From NCBI GenBank assembly GCA_013359225.1, contig JABWCG010000001.1:497627-561626 (forward strand): a DNA stretch of 64,000 nucleotides, given 5' to 3'. The notes beneath the pieces are model-generated. The model had not been told where the DNA came from. It saw only the letters and a list, made by a program, of their open reading frames with translations, and searched no databases. The position numbers and the translations under genes are program-made. Position 1 is the stretch's first letter, and each line of letters opens with the position of its first letter. Origin of the DNA: Candidatus Buchananbacteria bacterium. GTDB taxonomy: Bacteria; Patescibacteriota; Patescibacteriia; Buchananbacterales; UBA6539. Positions 57,950 through 64,000 of this stretch are shown here, one piece after another.

Positions 57950-59128
57950 TTATAATCCCGCCTGTTTTCGTAATGTGGCGGCCATATCAGTTTTTTCCCA
58001 AGTAAAATCAGGGTCAATTCTACCAAAATGACCATAGGCGGCAGTCTTTTTGTAGATTGGTCGTAGCAGGTTTAACGTCTTAATAATGCCCGCGGGCGTC
58101 AAATCGAAGTTTTTGCGTACTAAATTAGTTATCTTTTCATTACTAATTTTACCCGTACCAAAGGTGTCAACTAAAATGCTGATTGGCTCGGCAACGCCAA
58201 TGACATAAGCAACCTGAAGTTCGCATCGGTCTGCTAAGCCGGCGGCGACGATATTTTTTGCGACATATCGAGCCATGTATGAAGCGGAGCGATCAACTTT
58301 TGATGGGTCTTTGCCGGAAAAAGCGCCGCCACCGTGTGAACCATGGCCACCATAGGTGTCCACAATAATTTTACGTCCGGTCAAACCGGCATCAGCCGGC
58401 GGACCACACTTAATAAAGCGACCCGTAGCATTAACAAAAAATCTCGTCTTACTGTCAATATATTTTTTAGCAACCGGTTTAATAACTTTATTAAGGATAT
58501 CGCGTTCAACTTTTGCCTCATTAACATCTTCATTATGACTGGCCGCCACCACAATTGTGTCAATTCTTTTTGGTTTACCATCAACATATTCAACCGCCAC
58601 TTCAGCCTTACCGTCAGGACGTAGATACGGCAACACTTTTGTTTTTCTTAATTTTGCCAGTTGATGAGTAATTCGATGAGCCATAATAATTGGTAATGGC
58701 ATTAATTCCGGAGTGTCTTTACAGGCATATCCGAACATCAAGCCCTGGTCTCCAGCACCTTGCTTTTTGTATTTACCTCTACCAGCGTCAACCCCTTGGG
58801 CAATGTCAGGACTTTGCTCATCAATTGCAACCATAACGCCGCAGTCTTCCCAATGAAAACCAATCGCATGATCATCATACCCAATGCCCTTGATTGTTTG
58901 TCGAACAACGCTGGCAATATCAACATATCCCTTGGTTCTAATTTCTCCAGCTACCACCACCAAACCGGTAGTTGCTAAAGTTTCCACTCCGGCCCGAGAA
59001 TTTTTATCCTGCCGAAGCAATTCGTCTAAAATTGCATCCGAAATCTGGTCACATACTTTGTCCGGATGACCTTCGGTCACTGACTCAGAACTAAATATGT
59101 AACGATTCTGTTTTTTGGTCTCTTTCAT
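57950..59128 (-). CDS. metK: S-adenosylmethionine synthetase
   Basis: [42 protein letters not shown]. Confidence 0.98.
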   Translation of the reverse strand: MKETKKQNRYIFSSESVTEGHPDKVCDQISDAILDELLRQDKNSRAGVETLATTGLVVVAGEIRTKGYVDIASVVRQTIKGIGYDDHAIGFHWEDCGVMVAIDEQSPDIAQGVDAGRGKYKKQGAGDQGLMFGYACKDTPELMPLPIIMAHRITHQLAKLRKTKVLPYLRPDGKAEVAVEYVDGKPKRIDTIVVAASHNEDVNEAKVERDILNKVIKPVAKKYIDSKTRFFVNATGRFIKCGPPADAGLTGRKIIVDTYGGHGSHGGGAFSGKDPSKVDRSASYMARYVAKNIVAAGLADRCELQVAYVIGVAEPISILVDTFGTGKISNEKITNLVRKNFDLTPAGIIKTLNLLRPIYKKTAAYGHFGRIDPDFTWEKTDMAATLRKQAGL

Positions 59129-59165
59129 GGTTTTTCCTTTTAACCCCCAACTTAGTATTTAAATT

Positions 59166-60542
59166 TTATTCAAACCAATTAAAGGTTTTTGAATTAACAT
59201 CAAAATATGCCATTTTATTATAACTTTTTTTACCCAAACTGACAAAAATATTCCCGATTTTCTGGCCAACCCTCGCCGCTTCGTTCGCCGGCATGTTCAA
59301 GCGCTGCTCTAAAATATAGCGCAAAAAGGTCCGGATAAACTTGGGCTGAGCCGGAGTAGTCTTGAATTCCAAAGCAAAATCGGCGCCATACTGTTTTTCC
59401 CAAGTCACCAACAAAAATTTATTTAATTTCTCATCTTCAACAACAAACTTTTCCAAATCATCGGCCTGCGCCAAAATTCGTAACAAGGCAACCGTTCTAA
59501 TGATATTTTTATTTTGCACGGCAACCATAAATTCTGATCTTAGCTGTTGATTGTTATCACCAATCTTTTTAGAAATCTTTTCCATTTCCTTATCAATAGC
59601 AGAAGCCATTTTGACGTCACCACGATACGCCGCAACAATTTCTTCTTGGACTTGAGTAGTCTGAACAGTTGAATTTTCTACGACGACCGGATTAACATCA
59701 GTGGGGTTCGTATCAATTGCCGGACCAGCACTTTCTGACGGTAGAATAAAATCATTTTCTGAAATTGTTTTGATTTTTTCCGGCAATGGGCTCTTGCGAC
59801 CAGTATTAGTATTAGTCAAATTAATAATAGTTCCGTTTTCAATAGCCTTAATTTGTCCGTCGGCATCAATAAATACCAAATCATTCTCAACTCCTTCCGG
59901 TGTCATCGAAGAGGTTGTTAGGCGAAATAACAGCTTAAGCAAATTCTTTACTTTTAACCTATCTGCTTCAGACATTTTCAAATAATTTTTATTCTTCATG
60001 GTGTATTCAGCAAAATCAAGGTCGGTTGCCCTCACCCCTTTATTTTTGAAATAATCTGTAATTATATTGGCAACGGTCGCGGATTTTTCTTCGCCGTCAA
60101 CAACAATTTTTTGGTTGCTAATCAATTCTGTGTTATCACGCAGATGGTTTAAAAGTCTTTGTTTGAATTTATCCCGATCGGTAATTGGCAACTGAATCAA
60201 AAAAGCATTTAATCGGTCAAATAATCCAATATCGTCATCGGCTAAAACTTTAGCAATATCTTTTTCAAATAATGAGGTAACCACATTGTCCGACCAGCGC
60301 GGCAAAGATGTGAACTTTAACCTCACATTAGCCAGATTCAGCCGGTCAATATTGCGGGGAGAAATTTTTTCATAGTTTTTGGCCTGGAGCTCATCAATAA
60401 TCTTACTTAATTTGTAGGACTGTAAAATTTCCAAATCAAAAACTAACTGCTGAGACAAGCCTTCAATTTGGTCAACCAGCTGATTCGGATTTTCACCGCT
60501 GGCAACCGACTGTGCAATTGTTTTTAATTCTGTTTCGTACAT
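59166..60542 (-). CDS. Hypothetical helical protein
   Basis: 458-aa ORF in the same-strand run; no motif recognised. Confidence 0.7.
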   Translation of the reverse strand: MYETELKTIAQSVASGENPNQLVDQIEGLSQQLVFDLEILQSYKLSKIIDELQAKNYEKISPRNIDRLNLANVRLKFTSLPRWSDNVVTSLFEKDIAKVLADDDIGLFDRLNAFLIQLPITDRDKFKQRLLNHLRDNTELISNQKIVVDGEEKSATVANIITDYFKNKGVRATDLDFAEYTMKNKNYLKMSEADRLKVKNLLKLLFRLTTSSMTPEGVENDLVFIDADGQIKAIENGTIINLTNTNTGRKSPLPEKIKTISENDFILPSESAGPAIDTNPTDVNPVVVENSTVQTTQVQEEIVAAYRGDVKMASAIDKEMEKISKKIGDNNQQLRSEFMVAVQNKNIIRTVALLRILAQADDLEKFVVEDEKLNKFLLVTWEKQYGADFALEFKTTPAQPKFIRTFLRYILEQRLNMPANEAARVGQKIGNIFVSLGKKSYNKMAYFDVNSKTFNWFE

Positions 60543-60564
60543 TTGCTTTTAATTTCCAAAAAGA

Positions 60565-63500
60565 TTAAAGCTCTCTTGGCCCCGAGGGCGGATTTTTTTT
60601 GCCTTGACTGCGATACAACGCCCTAATTCCGTTATTAATTGAGGTTAATAAACCAGAAGTGCTGGTCGGGTCAAGCGTACCGCCTTGTCTGGCACGACCG
60701 AGTTCGCCGAGCGCCTGGGCAATCTGAGTTTTTGCGTTTTGGTTAACCTGATTCTGCGGTAACTTAGCAAGCGATGACTGCATTGAAGTTAAAACATTTT
60801 CAATGTCAGACAACGCCTGAACAACCTCTGTTGAGTCAAAACTTCCTTTCAAAGCCTCCTGAACTTCTTCCGTCCTTTGAGCAACTTCTTCTTGGGCGGC
60901 TTTCACATATTCTTGAGGATTAACTCGCGAAGCCGCAGCTTCTTGAGCCGCCGGAGACGTTTCCCGAGCCGCCTGACGAACGGCCGAACGAGCTGCCGCG
61001 CTTGGAACGCCGCGAATTGAATCAACCATTTCTTTTGCCCGCAAGGTATCAGAGGCGGCCTTGGCGTATTCATCAGCCGCTTTCTTTAATCGTTCACGAG
61101 CGCTGCTAATTTCTGTATCAATATAGTCGTTGCGCTGCAATTCCTGATTACCTTCATTAGTCAAACGTTTTGCTTCGCCCACATTACCGGCCGCTTCCGC
61201 CTGTTTTGCCCGATCGAATAGGGCTTTGGCCGAGGCTTCACGTTGCCGTTTTTCTGATTCCCGTTCCCGAATATATGATTCTTCGCTGGTTTTAACCGTA
61301 TCATACTGGGATCGTGCACCACGCAAAGTTGAACGTGACGAACGATAAGTCTGCAAAGCGTCAAGCTCTTCCTGTTTCATTGCGCCCTCTAAAACTTCGT
61401 CCACTTTACCGGCAACCTGACCGGCCCGAGTCTTGATTGCTGAAGCAACGGTTCCCACCCCGGCGCCAACCTTGTCAAAACCTTTACCAACCTTGCTACC
61501 AAAAGCTCTTGCGGCGGAAGCGGCTTCACTCATCTTTTCAACACTCGCCTCACCACGAGACTTAATACCCATACCCTCTAATACTGCTCGAGTCTTGTTA
61601 TTCATTGCATACACACCCTTGCCAACACCAGCCATTTCAGCCACTGCTTCACGCTTCAAATCTTGATTACTAATACCATAGCCATACCGCTTGCGCAAAT
61701 CAGCTTGAATATCGCGCCGCTGGCTGGCATTTAATGAATTCCAATATTCATCAAGCTGTTGATCCGACATACCCATTGTCGAAGCATGAGCTTCTTCGTG
61801 GCGCTTAATATCTTCGTGCTGGTCAGTACTGCTGGTGTTAAATACTCTAAGGGTTTTGGCACGGCCGAGGCCTTCACGAACCCGATTAACAGCGTTATCA
61901 ATTCCTTCGTCAGTCATATTGAGCCTACCTTCTTCTCTTCTGCTTAAGAGCTGTTTACGATAAACTTCGGCAATTTTACTAATTGTTAAAAATTTACTAG
62001 CTTCATCATAATAAGCACCACTCATACCCTCTTCAACTCCCAAGGCTGCACGAACTTCTTCATTATCAAAATTAAGTCCTACGCCTGCTTGTAACGCACC
62101 TTCCTCAACTTCCGCCGGCAAAACAATTTTATCTCTATCTCGCTTATTTAAGACATAATCGCGCCACCGGAAATCTTTTTCAGCTTCAAATTGTTCCGGA
62201 TTAAAGTCAGCACTTTCAAAAAAGTTAAGTCCGGCATCCTGGTAACGGTCAACCATTTCACGCGTCCGGTCATGCTTAGTGCGGTCAAAGTCCTGCGCCA
62301 TACGAGGTGCTGACGGTACAGCACCAACAGCCGGAGTCGGAGTCGGCTCCGGAGCAATTCCCGGAATATAGGTATTAGTTCTAATGTCGTTAATAATATT
62401 GTCGTACGCCACCTGGCCAATCTGGGCGGATTTCTTTTGTGCAATTTCAGCAGCCAGATTATTGGCAAATGTTTCAATACCACCATTCTTTTTGATATAC
62501 TCTACTTCATTTGGTCTATCAACACCATTTCGGCCGCCATATTTAAAGCCAATTGTGGCATATGCCAAACCTCTGATGTTATTAGCCAGCATAGTATTAC
62601 CTGACTGTTCAGCCACCCGAGCTGTTTCTAACATCACGTCCACGTTTTCATATAACCGATCTTTGATTTCGTTAGACGCCATGTGAAATTCCGCCACCAT
62701 AGCTTTCGGGTTACGCTCCAGGTTAATCATGGCAAATTCCGACATACCAGCACCCATCGTATGAGTTTTATTTGGATCCTTAATATCATGCGGCCGCACC
62801 TCTTCCAAAAATCCTTGCCAAGTAGCAGTTTGGATGAATCTACGTCCCTCTTTCTTAGCCGCATATTTCTCTGCAATATCCTGCTGCTCCAGATAGCGGC
62901 CTTTGTCTTTAGTCATTAATTCAAATTTGCCGTTTTGAATATTCTTATTGCCCATTTTATACAAAAAGCCATCTTTGTTTGCAAAACCAACTTCACCCAA
63001 GTCAAACGCCACCTCTGCTTGAAATTCTTCGCCATAATCTTTAAACATATGGCGAACCGCTTCCTGAACATTATGTGTTGTATATTTAATGTTGCCATTA
63101 GAATCTCGATCCAGTTTTCGGGCTTGTTTTTCGGCATCGGTCAGTCCGGCTAATCGGACGTCGTCATTTGTATAATTATCGCCAAAAACATCCTGAGCCT
63201 GTAAAACAATTTCGTTAGCATTGTGGTCAGCCGTTAACTGCCGCAATTTAGCAATGGCATACACTTCACGGCCGGCCTTAACTTTGCCGGTTTTATCCAA
63301 GTCTTCATTCCGTAATTTATTCAAAACTTCTTCGGCGTCAGTTGTGGTGTCGGCTAATAGCCGCTGTTCGGCTGCAACCTCTCCGGCCCGTGCCCGTCGC
63401 GTGGCATTAGTCGGATTTTGATTAAACGGAATTGTACGGTTAAATACGTCCGTTAACGCCTGAGTACCAAGCCGCATGCGTTCACCTTCAACTCGCTGCC

Positions 63501-64000
63501 CTCGGGCCTGCCATGCTGCCGGAATCGAGCGTAAACGTAATCCGCCTTCCCGACCCAACTGGTCAAACCCTCTTTTCCGGCCCCAGGAAGTCTCACCAAT
63601 TCTTCTAAACAACGGCGCATTAACTTTAGCAAATAAATCATCGGCTCGTTTACCTGTCCAACGAAGCGCTGTAGCCTGGCCGGGGATAAATTTGCCTCGT
63701 CTGATATTTGAAAAAGCCGCTCCCGCAAAACTGCCGCCAGCCGTACCCATTTGTTGGGCAATTACCAACCCCGCCATCAGCATACCAATACCGATAATTA
63801 AAGATAATAATTTATTAACGTCGCCAATGCCGCTAAAAATCGCCGTACTGCCGGTGCCGCTGTTTGATTGAGTAAACTCATTAACTAAATCGGCTCCAGT
63901 CCCCGTTAATCCGGACTCTGCGCCGGCCGTCACTGAAGTGCCATCCAAAGGTATATCAACAGAGACTTGTCCTTGTTCCACCACGGCAAAAGATAACCAC
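60565..64000 (-). CDS. Giant VirB6/TrbL-like membrane protein (5' end outside the window) with a ~1050-aa C-terminal extension
   Basis: The frame stays open to the window edge (...WLSFAVVEQG). Last TM helix LLSLIIGIGMLMAGLVIAQQMG followed by Gly/Ala-rich GTAGGSFAG resembles the end of VirB6-like proteins. Upstream of the prgI/virB4 cluster. Confidence 0.55.
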   Translation of the reverse strand, partial: WLSFAVVEQGQVSVDIPLDGTSVTAGAESGLTGTGADLVNEFTQSNSGTGSTAIFSGIGDVNKLLSLIIGIGMLMAGLVIAQQMGTAGGSFAGAAFSNIRRGKFIPGQATALRWTGKRADDLFAKVNAPLFRRIGETSWGRKRGFDQLGREGGLRLRSIPAAWQARGQRVEGERMRLGTQALTDVFNRTIPFNQNPTNATRRARAGEVAAEQRLLADTTTDAEEVLNKLRNEDLDKTGKVKAGREVYAIAKLRQLTADHNANEIVLQAQDVFGDNYTNDDVRLAGLTDAEKQARKLDRDSNGNIKYTTHNVQEAVRHMFKDYGEEFQAEVAFDLGEVGFANKDGFLYKMGNKNIQNGKFELMTKDKGRYLEQQDIAEKYAAKKEGRRFIQTATWQGFLEEVRPHDIKDPNKTHTMGAGMSEFAMINLERNPKAMVAEFHMASNEIKDRLYENVDVMLETARVAEQSGNTMLANNIRGLAYATIGFKYGGRNGVDRPNEVEYIKKNGGIETFANNLAAEIAQKKSAQIGQVAYDNIINDIRTNTYIPGIAPEPTPTPAVGAVPSAPRMAQDFDRTKHDRTREMVDRYQDAGLNFFESADFNPEQFEAEKDFRWRDYVLNKRDRDKIVLPAEVEEGALQAGVGLNFDNEEVRAALGVEEGMSGAYYDEASKFLTISKIAEVYRKQLLSRREEGRLNMTDEGIDNAVNRVREGLGRAKTLRVFNTSSTDQHEDIKRHEEAHASTMGMSDQQLDEYWNSLNASQRRDIQADLRKRYGYGISNQDLKREAVAEMAGVGKGVYAMNNKTRAVLEGMGIKSRGEASVEKMSEAASAARAFGSKVGKGFDKVGAGVGTVASAIKTRAGQVAGKVDEVLEGAMKQEELDALQTYRSSRSTLRGARSQYDTVKTSEESYIRERESEKRQREASAKALFDRAKQAEAAGNVGEAKRLTNEGNQELQRNDYIDTEISSARERLKKAADEYAKAASDTLRAKEMVDSIRGVPSAAARSAVRQAARETSPAAQEAAASRVNPQEYVKAAQEEVAQRTEEVQEALKGSFDSTEVVQALSDIENVLTSMQSSLAKLPQNQVNQNAKTQIAQALGELGRARQGGTLDPTSTSGLLTSINNGIRALYRSQGKKNPPSGPREL

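Noticed and set aside
59129-59165. SAM riboswitch upstream of metK
   Set aside because: The intergenic gap is only 37 nt with no recognisable motif.
1-64000. CRISPR array, DGR or rRNA; the many short antisense/alternate-frame ORFs in the track
   Set aside because: No regularly spaced repeats, reverse transcriptase or rRNA motifs seen by eye. The short ORFs overlap confident genes and lack motifs.

Overview
Chromosomal window from a low-GC bacterium whose gene content is typical of Patescibacteria/CPR (Parcubacteria-like; inferred from gene families, not from a database search). It carries housekeeping genes (rpoD, dnaG, gatCA, ligA, lemA-htpX-clpC, radA, recG, comF, metK) and five tRNAs (Asn-GTT, Ser-TGA, Ser-GGA, Arg-GCG, Ser-GCT). 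A ~25 kb type IV pilus/surface-fibre locus (16.6-41.7 kb) and a CPR-type VirB4/PrgI/VirB6-like secretion cluster (53-64 kb) are also present. I saw no CRISPR array, transposase, integrase or rRNA. The most notable observations are these. (1) A pilus-linked adhesin appears built by nested insertions; one domain is split across two same-frame ORFs by a 1134-bp inserted gene and a single TGA. (2) The three tRNA genes without an encoded CCA sit inside 13-18 bp flanking inverted repeats that extend the acceptor stem, while the two CCA-encoding tRNAs do not. (3) A double ATP-grasp ligase missed by the ORF track is paired with a MurL-like PP-loop enzyme. (4) A GT-C/methyltransferase/GT-C cassette lies between twin major pilins. 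(5) A VirB6-like giant protein has an HExxH motif, PilN has two INLLP-like motifs, and the PilT homologue has degenerate catalytic motifs.
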